Source: Nitrospirota bacterium
GTDB taxonomy: Bacteria; Nitrospirota; Nitrospiria; Nitrospirales; NS-4
NCBI GenBank assembly: GCA_005877615.1
Contig: VBOD01000108.1
Coordinates: forward strand, 18,750 to 82,749
Direction of reading: 5' to 3'
Length of the DNA: 64,000 bases
Shown here piece after piece: positions 46,302-57,567 of this stretch. The position numbers and the translations under genes were made by a program. The notes beneath the pieces were generated by a model that did not search any database, had not been told where the DNA came from, and saw only the letters and a list, made by a program, of their open reading frames with translations. Position 1 is the first letter of the stretch, and each line of letters opens with the position of its first letter.

Positions 46302-47668
46302 CGGGACGCTGACACCTTCGCCATGGACTTCTTCCGGCGAATGGCAACGAGCATCTCCTCGTTGGTGGGAAACTTGAACTCCTCGATATCGCGGCGTTGC
46401 CCTTCTTCCTGCTCCATCTCGCTCAACGCCAGCAGATCATCGACCTGCACGGCATCCGGTTGCCGGCTCTTTACCAAGGCCTCCAGCCGTTTCAGCTTGT
46501 GTGCGATCTCCTCTGCAGTCAAAGGCGCTTTGTCCGCCAGATGCCGCAGGACGACTTCACTGCACCACTCCCCGTCCCGCTTGGCCACGCCGACCAGCCC
46601 TTCACTGGCCTTGCGGGCCCACCCGCAGAGAAAAACCTCCGGGATGACCGCGCCGGTCGCTTCGTCGTAGGCCTGGAACAGACTGTCGTCAGGATCGTTC
46701 TGCGTCCGGGTGGGGTTTGTGACAAAGACGCCGTTCTTGTATGGAAGCCCGACCGCCTCATCCACACGGTCTCCGACGGCGAACACGACGCTGTCGCACG
46801 GGATCGTGTAGTAGGTCTTCAGCCCGACCGCCGCGGGATCCGTGCCTTTGAGCTCAAGCTTCGTATCTTCCACCTCCAGGCCAGTGACCTGGATTTGGCC
46901 ATCGGTGAGGACGCGCTTCGGGGAGGACAGGAAATGGAAGTGCATGCGGGTGTGGCTCTCCGGCGGCTCGCACTTCGTGAACTCCGCCCGCATCTCGGCC
47001 AGGATCTTCTCGGGCAACTGCCCTACCGCCTCCAGGCGTGGAGTGATCCGTGCGATCTCCTTCTGGAGGGAGTCCTGATCGATAGAGGCGCAGACGGCGC
47101 GAATCTCCTTGGGGTTGTACTTGCGCTCGGCCGGCCCGCGCCGGACGATCACGTGGACCTCTGCAACGCGGCGGCGAGACAGCCAGTGCGCGATGTCCAC
47201 CATCACGTCCCCGATGCCGATCACCGCCACGCGCTGGCCCATCTCGAACGGGCGGGTGCTGAAGCCCGGCAGCAGATTATAGTGGTAGACGCAGTCTTTG
47301 GCGTGATAGACGCCTTTGGCAGTGTCCCCCTCCACGCCGATGGTCTTGGTGCCCTGGGCCCCAGTCGAGAAGACCAACGCGCTGGGTCCCAGCGCGCGCA
47401 GCTCTGACACGGTCAGATGGAAGCCGTTGCCGACCGTCACGTTGCCGAAGTAACGGACGTTGGGGCGCGTCAGGATTTCCCAGTAGCCCTTGCGCAAGCC
47501 GCCGCGCAACTTGTGTTTGTTGGGGAAAATGCCGTACTCGGCGAGCCCGCCGACTTTGATGTCCCGGTTGAGCACCACCACCTCATGTCCCTGCTTGGAC
47601 ATGACGTTGGCGACGGACAGGCCGGCTGGTCCGGCGCCGACGACGATAATCAAATGTTTCGTACTCAT
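46298..47668 (-). CDS. FAD/NAD(P)-dependent oxidoreductase, adrenodoxin-reductase (FprA)-like
   Basis: N-terminal IIVVGAGPAGLSVA dinucleotide motif and a second GxGxxxxD motif (VAVIGIGDVMVD). The overall layout resembles ferredoxin-NADP reductase or the glutamate synthase small-chain family. Confidence 0.7.
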   Translation of the reverse strand: MSTKHLIIVVGAGPAGLSVANVMSKQGHEVVVLNRDIKVGGLAEYGIFPNKHKLRGGLRKGYWEILTRPNVRYFGNVTVGNGFHLTVSELRALGPSALVFSTGAQGTKTIGVEGDTAKGVYHAKDCVYHYNLLPGFSTRPFEMGQRVAVIGIGDVMVDIAHWLSRRRVAEVHVIVRRGPAERKYNPKEIRAVCASIDQDSLQKEIARITPRLEAVGQLPEKILAEMRAEFTKCEPPESHTRMHFHFLSSPKRVLTDGQIQVTGLEVEDTKLELKGTDPAAVGLKTYYTIPCDSVVFAVGDRVDEAVGLPYKNGVFVTNPTRTQNDPDDSLFQAYDEATGAVIPEVFLCGWARKASEGLVGVAKRDGEWCSEVVLRHLADKAPLTAEEIAHKLKRLEALVKSRQPDAVQVDDLLALSEMEQEEGQRRDIEEFKFPTNEEMLVAIRRKKSMAKVSASR

Positions 47669-47754
47669 CCGAAGAATCTTCGTGCCAGGGAGAACCTACC
47701 TAGCAAAAAATAAGCGCCGAAGCTAGCATGGCCAAAAAGAAATTGTCAAAAAGA

Positions 47755-49266
<1,512 letters not shown>

Positions 49267-49323
49267 GCATCCCCCTTTTGCAATGGACTCACCATTGGTG
49301 GAACAGCTTTGTCCAGCGCGGGG

Positions 49324-49352
49324 ATTGTAATCCAGTCCGGGGAGCCGCTCAA
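49324..49352 (-). promoter_or_regulatory. Candidate sigma70 promoter for aspA
   Basis: The minus strand reads TTGAGC, 17 nt, TACAAT. Confidence 0.3.
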
Positions 49353-49388
49353 GCAACAAGCGCGGGAGCAGCCGGGCCGCGACTGTAA

Positions 49389-50525
49389 TCAGCCGCGCTG
49401 GTCGAGCGGCAGGTACCGACGCCCGTGCTCCCCCTCGTAGATCTGGTCAGGCCGGTAGAGCTTGTTCTCCTTCAACTGCTCGAGCCAGTGGGCCAGCCAA
49501 CCTGCGACCCGGGCCATGGCAAAGATCGGGGTGAACGTGTCGCTGGGAATGCCCATCTGGTCAAAGATGATGCCAGAGTAGAAGTCCACGTTGGAGTACA
49601 CCTTCTTGTGGGCCAGCAGCTCCAGTCCGACCCGTTCCACCTCCTCGGCCAGTTCATAGAGCGGGGACCTCCCGTACTGGGCAAAGAGCTTCTGCGCGAG
49701 TTGCTGGAGGACCACGGCGCGCGGGTCCTTGACCTTGTAGACCCGGTGGCCGAACCCCATGATCGGCTCCTTCCGGTCCAACTTCATCTGTAGGTAAGGA
49801 CGCACGCGCTCGACCGTGCCGATCTCGCGCAGCATGGCCACGACCTCCTCATTGGCCCCGCCGTGCAGCGGCCCTTTCAGGGCGCCGATCGCCGAGGCGA
49901 CGACAGTGTAGGGATCGGCGAGGGTTGAAGCGGTGACGAGCCCGCAGAATGTGGAGGCGTTCATCGTGTGCTCGGCGTGGAGGATCAGACTCACGTCGAG
50001 GACGTCCGCGGCGAGCCGGTCGGGTATCCGCTCGGTCAGCATGTACAGGAAGTTCTCGCTGAAGCTCAGCTCGTCCCGCGGCGGGACGTGGTCGTCGCCG
50101 TGGCGGATGCGCGCGAAGGCCGCCACGACGGTCGGGAGCTTTGCGATGAGCCGCACGGCCGACCAGTAGTTGTTCTCCTGATCGCGGACGTTCCGGCCAG
50201 GGTAGAACATCCCCAAGGCCGCCACGGCCGCCTGGAGCGCATCCATGGGATGCCCGGTCTCGGGCAGACACTTGATCAGGTCAATGATCTTGAACTTGAT
50301 CCGCCGGTGCCTTGTGATATCGGCAGTGAACCGTTCCAGTTCCAGACGGGTCGGCAAGCGGTTGAAGAGGAGGAGGAAGGCCGTCTCGAGAAAGGTGCTT
50401 TTCGCGGTGAGCTCTTCGATGCGGATGCCGCGGTACTCCAGAACGCCAGCCTGGCCGTCCACATCGCTGATCCTGGAGCGGGCGGCAGGCACGCCCGCCA
50501 ATCCCGGCATGAAGTCATGCGGCAT
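49389..50525 (-). CDS. gltA: Citrate synthase
   Basis: GPLHGGANEEV and MGFGHRVYK..DPR motifs. The ATG at 50525 is preceded by GAAGGGAGG with a 7-nt spacer. Confidence 0.9.
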   Translation of the reverse strand: MPHDFMPGLAGVPAARSRISDVDGQAGVLEYRGIRIEELTAKSTFLETAFLLLFNRLPTRLELERFTADITRHRRIKFKIIDLIKCLPETGHPMDALQAAVAALGMFYPGRNVRDQENNYWSAVRLIAKLPTVVAAFARIRHGDDHVPPRDELSFSENFLYMLTERIPDRLAADVLDVSLILHAEHTMNASTFCGLVTASTLADPYTVVASAIGALKGPLHGGANEEVVAMLREIGTVERVRPYLQMKLDRKEPIMGFGHRVYKVKDPRAVVLQQLAQKLFAQYGRSPLYELAEEVERVGLELLAHKKVYSNVDFYSGIIFDQMGIPSDTFTPIFAMARVAGWLAHWLEQLKENKLYRPDQIYEGEHGRRYLPLDQRG

Positions 50526-50646
50526 GTCCGTGCCTCCCTTCAATCAATGAAGCGGTATTGTGCGGGGCTCTCGGCAACCTGTCAAGACAACAACGGCCCC
50601 GTGCCTTGCCTTGCAAGAGGACAGCCGCTCGGCCATACTGGACGCG

Positions 50647-52788
50647 ATGCCGCTGCCCCACGCCGCCAAGAAGTGGTTCGCCGCATCCGGCATCGGGCTG
50701 GCCGTGTTCATCGCCGCAATGACGCTTCACGCCTCCGGCCTCCTCACCATCGCAGAGTTGAAGTCCCTGGACCACCGCTTCAACCAGTACGCTGATCCGG
50801 CCAAGGCCGACAAGAGTCTCGCGTTGGTCGCCGTTGACGAGGCCAGTCTCGAGGCGTTCGGCCGCTGGCCTTGGCCTCGGGACCGCTTCGGCTATGTCGT
50901 GCACTATCTTCACACAGCGGGGGCCAGGGCGATCGTCGTCGATATTTTGTTCCTGGAGCCCGACGCCAACGACCAGGAATTTGACGTGGTCTTCGCAGAG
51001 GAAGTCCGCGCCGCTGGAAACGTCTTCTTTCCGTTCTTGCTCCAACACGATTCATCACCCGCGCTCTCCGCCCCACTCCTGAGCAAGGCGACGATTCCGT
51101 TGGACTCGCAGCCGGAGCGACTGGCCAACGCCGCGAGTCCGTACCAAGGGCTGAAGCTGCCCATCCCACCGCTGGCAGAAGCCGCCCGAGGACTAGGGCA
51201 CATCACTCTGACGCCTGATCAGGACGGGACGATGCGCCGCCTGCCGCCGTTGGTGCCGACTGCGCAGGGCGCCGTTTCCCAATTGGCTACGGCGGTGGCC
51301 CGGTACATCCTGAGAGCGGAGCAGGCCGTACAGGATGGCCGCACGCTCCGCCTGGGCCCGACGACAGTGCCCGTCACTCGGGATGGCGATATCGTCCTCG
51401 ACTGGCACGGCGCGCTCGAGCAGAAGGTTTACCCGGCCTACTCCATCGGGGCGGTTCTGCGCTCCTACACCGAAATGCAGAAGGGTGAACGCCCCCTGCT
51501 CGATCCTGCCCTCTTCAAGGACAAGATCGTGTTCGTGGCGACGACCGCCGCCGGCACCTATGACCTCCGGGTGACCCCGCTCTCTCCGTTCACGCCCGGC
51601 GTCGTGATCCACATGACCGCGCTGGACAACCTGCTCCACGGCCATGCCATCGCACTGGCCCCACCTTGGGCCTTTGTCCTGACCACGCTGGTGCTCTGCA
51701 TCGGCACCGCATGGGCCTTCGTGCTGGTCCAACGCCAAGCTCTCAAATTCCTACTCATCGCCGGGCTGGCCGTCGCGTATTACGGGCTCGTCGTCCACGC
51801 CTTCTCAGGCCACGGGGTCTGGATGAAACTGGTCTTTCCCGAAGGGGCCCTGGCCTTGACCTACGCCGTCTCGGCCACCGTGGAGTATCTGACCGAGGGC
51901 CGGCAACGCCGCGTGCTGCGGGCCGTCTTCGATAAGTACATGGCCGCGGAAGTCGTGGATGAGATCATGCGCAACCCGGCGAGCATCAAGCTCGGCGGCG
52001 AAAAAAAGGAGCTGACCGTCTTCTTCTCCGACGTGGCTGGGTTCACCACGATCTCCGAGAAACTGGACCCAGAGGACCTCGTTTTCCTGCTCAACGAATA
52101 TCTGTCATCCATGACGGACATCATTCTTCGGTACCGGGGGAACGTGAACAAGTATCTTGGCGACGGCATCATGGCGATCTTCGGCGCGCCGCGCGGCGAG
52201 CCCGACCACGCCTCGCGGGCCTGCGTCGCGGCCCTGGAGAACCAGGCGGCGCTCGCCCAACTGCGAAAGGAGTGGGCAGCGCGAGGCTATCCGGAGATCG
52301 TCGCGCGCATTGGGATCAACTCCGGACCGTTGGTCGTAGGGAACATGGGCTCCCAGACGCGGATGGAGTATACTGTCATGGGCGACAGCGTGAACCTGGC
52401 GTCCCGTCTGGAAGGGGCGAACAAGTTCTACGACACGTTGATCCTTCTGGGCCCGCGGACGTACGAGCTGGCCCAACCCGATATCGAGGCGCGGGAAGTG
52501 GATATGCTGCGGGTGAAGGGCAAGCTGGAGCCGGTGGTGGTGTACGAACTGCTGGCCCTGAAAGGGGCGCTGCCGGCGGAGAAGCAACGCGTGGTCGCCA
52601 TGTACCAGGACGGTCTCGCCGCCTACAAGCGACGGGAGTTCGTCAGGGCTAAGGAACGCTTCGAAGCCGCGCTGGCGCTGGACCCGTCCGATGGGCCGTC
52701 CAAGGTCTGCCTGCATCGGGTGCAGGAGTACTTGGCAACCCCTCCTCCGCCCGACTGGGATGGCGTGTACGTGCTGCAGTCTAAATAG
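50647..52788 (+). CDS. CHASE2 sensor domain adenylate/guanylate cyclase (class III)
   Basis: N-terminal TM helix, a periplasmic CHASE2-like region (VAVDEASLEAFGRWPWPR), three TM helices, then the cyclase domain (TVFFSDVAGFT, KYLGDGIMAIFGAP, GDSVNLASRLEG). Start uncertain (ATG 50647 or GTG 50560). Confidence 0.85.
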   Translation: MPLPHAAKKWFAASGIGLAVFIAAMTLHASGLLTIAELKSLDHRFNQYADPAKADKSLALVAVDEASLEAFGRWPWPRDRFGYVVHYLHTAGARAIVVDILFLEPDANDQEFDVVFAEEVRAAGNVFFPFLLQHDSSPALSAPLLSKATIPLDSQPERLANAASPYQGLKLPIPPLAEAARGLGHITLTPDQDGTMRRLPPLVPTAQGAVSQLATAVARYILRAEQAVQDGRTLRLGPTTVPVTRDGDIVLDWHGALEQKVYPAYSIGAVLRSYTEMQKGERPLLDPALFKDKIVFVATTAAGTYDLRVTPLSPFTPGVVIHMTALDNLLHGHAIALAPPWAFVLTTLVLCIGTAWAFVLVQRQALKFLLIAGLAVAYYGLVVHAFSGHGVWMKLVFPEGALALTYAVSATVEYLTEGRQRRVLRAVFDKYMAAEVVDEIMRNPASIKLGGEKKELTVFFSDVAGFTTISEKLDPEDLVFLLNEYLSSMTDIILRYRGNVNKYLGDGIMAIFGAPRGEPDHASRACVAALENQAALAQLRKEWAARGYPEIVARIGINSGPLVVGNMGSQTRMEYTVMGDSVNLASRLEGANKFYDTLILLGPRTYELAQPDIEAREVDMLRVKGKLEPVVVYELLALKGALPAEKQRVVAMYQDGLAAYKRREFVRAKERFEAALALDPSDGPSKVCLHRVQEYLATPPPPDWDGVYVLQSK

Positions 52789-52794
52789 CCGACT

Positions 52795-53325
52795 GTGGAG
52801 GTGCCGTTGAAACGCCCTTCACGACTTGCCGCTCCGCTCATCACCCTACTGTTGTTGAGCCTGTATCTTCTGACCGTTGTCGCGCTGGCAGAAACCGTTT
52901 TCGTCCAGAGCAAGACCGCGAAGCTCCGCTCCGGGAAAACGTCGCTGGACAGCGTGGTGGCCGACCTGAAGTTCGGGGAGCCGCTGGAGGTGCTCGGCAA
53001 GGAGGGAAACTGGCTGGCCGTCCAGACCGCGCGTGGGGCCAAGGGCTGGATCTTCGCCGGCAAGACGACGCCCACCAAGCCCGCCAGCAGCGAGGATGAT
53101 GTGCTGGCCAAGCTCGGCAAAAGCTTCAGGAGGACCGAAGCCGGAGACGTGACGGCGTCAGCCGGCGCCCGCGGCCTAGACAAGGTCTCGGAAGGCTACG
53201 CCAATCACGTTGGCATCACCCAGCAGCATCGGAACGCGATCGATCGCATGGCAGGGTACCGAATAACCGACCAAGAGGTCGAAGATTTTCTGAAGAACGG
53301 GGGGCTCGGCGAGTATGCAAAGTAG
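52795..53325 (+). CDS. Secreted SH3b-domain protein
   Basis: Signal/TM LITLLLLSLYLLTVVALA, then a bacterial SH3-like segment VQSKTAKLRSGKTSLDSVVADLKFGEPLEVLGKEGNWLAVQTARGAKGWIF. Confidence 0.6.
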   Translation: MEVPLKRPSRLAAPLITLLLLSLYLLTVVALAETVFVQSKTAKLRSGKTSLDSVVADLKFGEPLEVLGKEGNWLAVQTARGAKGWIFAGKTTPTKPASSEDDVLAKLGKSFRRTEAGDVTASAGARGLDKVSEGYANHVGITQQHRNAIDRMAGYRITDQEVEDFLKNGGLGEYAK

Positions 53326-54172
53326 AACCACAAAGACAATCGCCGCCGCGTGCGTTGCGCTCGCAATGGCCGGAGGATGGGGTGGATGCGCTGAGATGCA
53401 GATCTCTACCGGGAACGAGCGGCTGGATATGATGATTCACGGCGGAGGAACCCTGCTCAGCGGGCTCCTGCCGATCGGGTATGAGGAAGAGCAGTCTATA
53501 GGCGCAGCCATCGCCCTCCAGGTCGTCGCCCGTTACGGGGGAGTGTATGATCAGCCGGAGCTCACCCGCTATGTCAATCTGGTTGGCCGGGCCGTGGCCC
53601 TCACCTGCGACCGGCCGGACATTCCCTACCACTTCGCCGTGCTCAACTCCGACTCGATCAACGCGTTCGCAGCGCCGGCCGGCTATGTCTTCGTGACCCG
53701 CGGCTTGTTCAAGCAGATCCGCAACGAAGCCGAGCTGGCCGCGGTGCTGGGACACGAGATCGCGCACGTCTCCCAGAAGCACATCCTTGAGGTCATCCAG
53801 CGTAGCAAGCGCCTCGCCGGCGTCTCCGAGGCCGGGCTGGCCTACGCGCATCAGAATCCCGACGTGTTCAAGAACCTGATCGATGCGGCCGCCAAGAAAT
53901 TGCTCGACGAAGGGCTCGACCAGGAGAAGGAGCTCGAAGGGGACAGCCTCGGTGAGGTGTTTGCCGCCCGCGTGGGATACGATCCCACTGCCTATGTCGT
54001 GCTCTTAAACCGGCTGCGTGCGCTGAAGGGCGACGATAAGGCCTTCTTCAAGACCCACCCGAACTTTTCCACTCGCATCAACGCCGTCCAGGAGGTCATC
54101 CAGACGCACGGCTGGAAACCGACCGGCGTGCTGCTGGAGAATCGCTTCGCTCGACTGCGCGGGAAGGTCTAG
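53315..54172 (+). CDS. M48 family zinc metalloprotease lipoprotein
   Basis: Lipobox-like MAGGWGGC. INAFAAPAGYVFVTRG and HEIAHV (HExxH) with a downstream E. Overlaps the SH3b gene by 11 nt. Confidence 0.8.
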   Translation: MQSRTTKTIAAACVALAMAGGWGGCAEMQISTGNERLDMMIHGGGTLLSGLLPIGYEEEQSIGAAIALQVVARYGGVYDQPELTRYVNLVGRAVALTCDRPDIPYHFAVLNSDSINAFAAPAGYVFVTRGLFKQIRNEAELAAVLGHEIAHVSQKHILEVIQRSKRLAGVSEAGLAYAHQNPDVFKNLIDAAAKKLLDEGLDQEKELEGDSLGEVFAARVGYDPTAYVVLLNRLRALKGDDKAFFKTHPNFSTRINAVQEVIQTHGWKPTGVLLENRFARLRGKV

Positions 54173-54582
54173 AATTCCAGGCAGGCGGGGCAACGGGCGG
54201 GCTCTCTCTTTTCTTCGATTTCCCCCTGCGTCAAGGTGAACGCCACGCGGCACAACTCGCAGGCGCGGACCTCGAACACCGGCTTGCCATTGTCAAAGCG
54301 GGTCGGCAGGAGCAGATCGGCCGGGTCGTACCCCAATACCGCACCGTCCTCGAACTTCACGACCGCCAGCCGGACGTTGAACTTCTCCCAGGTGGCCGTC
54401 TGTCCCTTCCGGGCCAGAGGATGGTCCGAGCTCACATAGACCGGCTGCCCGTACTTCCGCTGCCGGAGATCCCGGAGGTTTCGCGCCTGGGAGATCGCCA
54501 CCGAAAAATTGCTCGCCTGTGCAAACGGCCCTTCCTCAGTGCCCACGCGGTATCTATACCACCCGCTTTCCGAGAGGGTCAA
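54169..54582 (-). CDS. Hypothetical protein with C-terminal zinc-ribbon (CELC...CPAC)
   Basis: ORF track, 137 aa. Has a 4-nt overlap with the upstream oxidoreductase gene. Confidence 0.5.
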   Translation of the reverse strand: MTLSESGWYRYRVGTEEGPFAQASNFSVAISQARNLRDLRQRKYGQPVYVSSDHPLARKGQTATWEKFNVRLAVVKFEDGAVLGYDPADLLLPTRFDNGKPVFEVRACELCRVAFTLTQGEIEEKREPARCPACLEF

Positions 54583-55589
54583 GCCGGCCAGGATGGAATT
54601 ACCACCGGCACCGGCCGTCCCTCGCGCGCGGCGCGGTAGCAGGCATCAGCCATCGCCACGGCGCGCAAGCCGTCCTCTCCCGACACCGGTACAGGGACTC
54701 TCGCTGAGAGGCTCTTAGCGAACGTCTCGAGGACCGCGATGACGGTCGGCCGATCCGGTACTGCCTCCGTTTCCGTGACCATACGTCCCTCGATCCAGGT
54801 CAGCAGGCTCCGATCGACGTCTGCAATCAATTGACCGGCCCTGCCGACCGCCTCCACGCGGCAGAGGCGCCCTCCCGACACCCGCGAGACTTCTACATAA
54901 CAGGAGACTCCATTGGACAACCGGAACCGGGCCAGCGCGAGGTCTTCGACTCGAGTGGTGTGACGCTGCTCCAAGTCGGCGACCGCTTCCACCGCCTCGG
55001 CGCCCGTCAGAAAACGGATGAGATCCAGCAGGTGAATCCCAATCTCCAGAAGGACACCCCCGCCCGCCTGACCCGGATCGTCCAACCAGCGGTGCGGCGG
55101 CCGGTCGGCCCGCATTGCCAGGACAAGGTACTCCAGCGGGCCGACGTCCGCCAGACAATCCCGCAGACGCACCAGGACGGGCGTGAAGCGGAGCGTCTGG
55201 GCCGTCATGAGCGCGACGCCGGCCTCGCGCGCAGCCCGAACCATCTCCCGAGCATCGGCGACCGTCAACGCCAGCGGCTTCTCGATCAGCAGCGGCTTGC
55301 CGGCCCGTACGGCCGCCAGGCAGATTTCCCGGTTCAACGCCGGGGGCGTCACGACCGCCACCGCCTCCACCTCCTCGCACGTCACCAGCTCGCGCCAGTC
55401 CGGCACGAAGAGCAGTCCATGCCGCTCGGCGAAGGCGCGTCCAGCGCCCACATCCCGCCTGGAGACGGCCGCCAAATGGCACCCCGGAATCCCCTCCAAC
55501 AGGTGCTGCGCATACCGGCTCCCGTGACGGCCCAGCCCCACCAGTCCGATGCCGATGCTTCCCGACACCTCACCCGCTCGAGGTTTCAC
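54579..55589 (-). CDS. Gfo/Idh/MocA family oxidoreductase
   Basis: N-terminal Rossmann IGIGLVGLGRHGSRYAQHL and EKPLALT motif. Confidence 0.8.
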   Translation of the reverse strand: MKPRAGEVSGSIGIGLVGLGRHGSRYAQHLLEGIPGCHLAAVSRRDVGAGRAFAERHGLLFVPDWRELVTCEEVEAVAVVTPPALNREICLAAVRAGKPLLIEKPLALTVADAREMVRAAREAGVALMTAQTLRFTPVLVRLRDCLADVGPLEYLVLAMRADRPPHRWLDDPGQAGGGVLLEIGIHLLDLIRFLTGAEAVEAVADLEQRHTTRVEDLALARFRLSNGVSCYVEVSRVSGGRLCRVEAVGRAGQLIADVDRSLLTWIEGRMVTETEAVPDRPTVIAVLETFAKSLSARVPVPVSGEDGLRAVAMADACYRAAREGRPVPVVIPSWPA

Positions 55590-55660
55590 CGGTTGCTTGA
55601 CAACCTGTCTGCTCCATTGCTACACGTACCGAGGGCACCGACAGACGGGAGGCTCCATTC

Positions 55661-56011
55661 ATGGAAAAGATGACAGTCTATCAGAAGCCGAGCTGCTCCA
55701 CCTGCCGCCAAGTACTGACCCTCTTGCGCGAAGCCAAGGCCAAGTTTGAGACCATCGACTATATCGCAACTCCCATGTCGGCGACGACCTTGCGCCGCTT
55801 GATCAAGAAGCTCGGCGTGTCCCCTCGCGACCTGCTGCGCACCAACGAAGAGCGCTACAAGAAGCTGGAGTTGAGTAACAAAGACGTGAGCGATGAGGAG
55901 CTGATCAGGCTGATGGTGGTCTATCCGGAGTTGATCCAGCGCCCAATCATCGAGAAAGGGGAGCAGGCCGTCCTCGCCCGCCCTCCCGAGAACGTTAAAA
56001 CGTTGCTGTAA
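55661..56011 (+). CDS. ArsC/Spx-family thioredoxin-fold protein (arsenate reductase-like)
   Basis: MTVYQKPSCSTCRQ...LIQRPII, typical of the ArsC family. GGGAGG SD 8 nt upstream. Confidence 0.8.
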   Translation: MEKMTVYQKPSCSTCRQVLTLLREAKAKFETIDYIATPMSATTLRRLIKKLGVSPRDLLRTNEERYKKLELSNKDVSDEELIRLMVVYPELIQRPIIEKGEQAVLARPPENVKTLL

Positions 56012-56025
56012 GCGGTCCCGCCTTG

Positions 56026-56064
56026 AAAAAAGAAGGGCCGCCCGATGTGTCATGGCGGCCCTTC
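56026..56064 (-). terminator. Rho-independent terminator of the HU gene
   Basis: Hairpin GAAGGGCCGCC (56032-56042) paired with GGCGGCCCTTC (56054-56064). On the minus strand it is followed by TTTTTT (56031-26). Confidence 0.6.
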
Positions 56065-56095
56065 CCCGAAAAGACTCCGGTAAGTACTGCTGTCG

Positions 56096-56383
56096 TTATC
56101 TTTTCCCTAAGACAGCCTCCTTGCAGGCCTTCGCAACCCGAAACTTCACCACTCGCTTGGCCGGGATCTTGATCGGCTCTCCGGTCTGGGGGTTACGACC
56201 CATCCGGGCTTTCCGGTTGACCAGCACCAACTTGCCGATCCCGGGCAAGGTGAAGGTGTTCTTGGCCTCCTTATAAGCCAGGGAGGCCAGCTCGTCTAGA
56301 AACTGGCCTGCCGCCTTTTTGGTAATTCCACCTTTGCCGGCTAGGTGCTCGGTAACCTGAGACTTCGTCATCGCTTTGGCCAT
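56096..56383 (-). CDS. hup: HU family DNA-binding protein
   Basis: LPGIGKLVLVNRKARMGRNPQTGEPIKIPAKRVVKFR, the HU/IHF beta-arm signature. Confidence 0.9.
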   Translation of the reverse strand: MAKAMTKSQVTEHLAGKGGITKKAAGQFLDELASLAYKEAKNTFTLPGIGKLVLVNRKARMGRNPQTGEPIKIPAKRVVKFRVAKACKEAVLGKR

Positions 56384-56485
56384 ACCTGACTCCTTTCCAC
56401 TGGTGAACCGCCGTGCGGTTCGTCAACTTGTTGAAAGCCCTTCCCCGATCCCAACGGGATCTCAGGGGTGAATGTCACAATCCGC

Positions 56486-57361
56486 CTACGCCTGATAACG
56501 GATACGCTCCGGCTGCATCCGATAGAGATTCCATGCCAGCCCGGTCAACGACAGCCAGAAGATGAACCACTTGGAGGGGTCGAAATTGTACCAGCGGGGC
56601 CCGTTGCGGTAATCCCGCTGATGCGCATGATGGTAATTGTGATAGCCCTCGCCGAGCGTGACAAGCGACACCAGCCAATTGTCCCGGCTTGAATCCGCCG
56701 ACGTGTGGGGCTGATCTCCCCAGAGATGGCAGACGGAATTGATGCAGAAGGTGGAATTGAGAACGAGGAACATCCGGGCCACCCCGGCCAGCAGGAAGCA
56801 CCCAAACCCGCTCTTCCACCCGCCGTAGGCCGTCCCCGCTGCGAACGGTAGCGCCAGTCCGGACAGCATAATGATGGCATAGTAGCGATGCTGCCACATC
56901 ACGATCGGATCCTTGCGAAACGGCGCTTCGTATTTTTCACGAAGGTCTTGCGGGGCCTTGTTGAAGATCCATAACAAGTGACTGTGCCAGAAGCCAAGCG
57001 TGGCGTTGTACGGGTCTTCCTCTTGATCACACCGCGCATGGTGCCGGACATGGTCGGCCGCCCACTTGTAGGCCGAATTCTCCAGCGCCCAGCCCCCCGC
57101 AATCAACAACGCCCCCTTGACCCATGCCCTGCACTCGAAGCTCCGATGGGCGATCAGCCGGTGATACCCCACGGTAATCCCCAGCCCCGAAGCGAAATAC
57201 AGGACAATCAGGAGCGCCCAGTCTATCCAGGTATAGCCAACGTAATACCCGAACACCGGCACAGCCACCAATGCACCGGCCGCGACTAGCCCGAACAACG
57301 ATAGGGCAAGGTAATCAGATGAGACGCGCACGTGCTCACCGCCTTCTGCACCATACTCCAC
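56486..57361 (-). CDS. Acyl-CoA (delta-9-type) fatty acid desaturase
   Basis: Three His boxes: HRLIAHR, HVRHHARCD and HNYHHAHQ. Confidence 0.9.
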   Translation of the reverse strand: MEYGAEGGEHVRVSSDYLALSLFGLVAAGALVAVPVFGYYVGYTWIDWALLIVLYFASGLGITVGYHRLIAHRSFECRAWVKGALLIAGGWALENSAYKWAADHVRHHARCDQEEDPYNATLGFWHSHLLWIFNKAPQDLREKYEAPFRKDPIVMWQHRYYAIIMLSGLALPFAAGTAYGGWKSGFGCFLLAGVARMFLVLNSTFCINSVCHLWGDQPHTSADSSRDNWLVSLVTLGEGYHNYHHAHQRDYRNGPRWYNFDPSKWFIFWLSLTGLAWNLYRMQPERIRYQA

Positions 57362-57550
57362 GCCTAATCCCTCATGCGTTAATGAAATGAACCGCAGCTA
57401 CGAAGCTTTTTGATGTGCTCTGTGCTAGCAGTACCTTCTTCTGAGGCCCTCTGGAGGCAGCCGAACGCCGTGACTCTACAGAAAGACGGGACAGAAAGCA
57501 AGAGGAAAGATTGGTCGAAATGTGCTCGGACAGGGCTCTTGCAATCTCCG

Positions 57551-57559
57551 TGCTATAAT
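57551..57559 (+). promoter_or_regulatory. Extended -10 promoter element TGcTATAAT immediately upstream of the M28 peptidase gene
   Basis: TATAAT at 57554-57559 and ATG at 57568 (8-nt gap, no SD). Confidence 0.4.
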
Positions 57560-57567
57560 CCCGCGCC

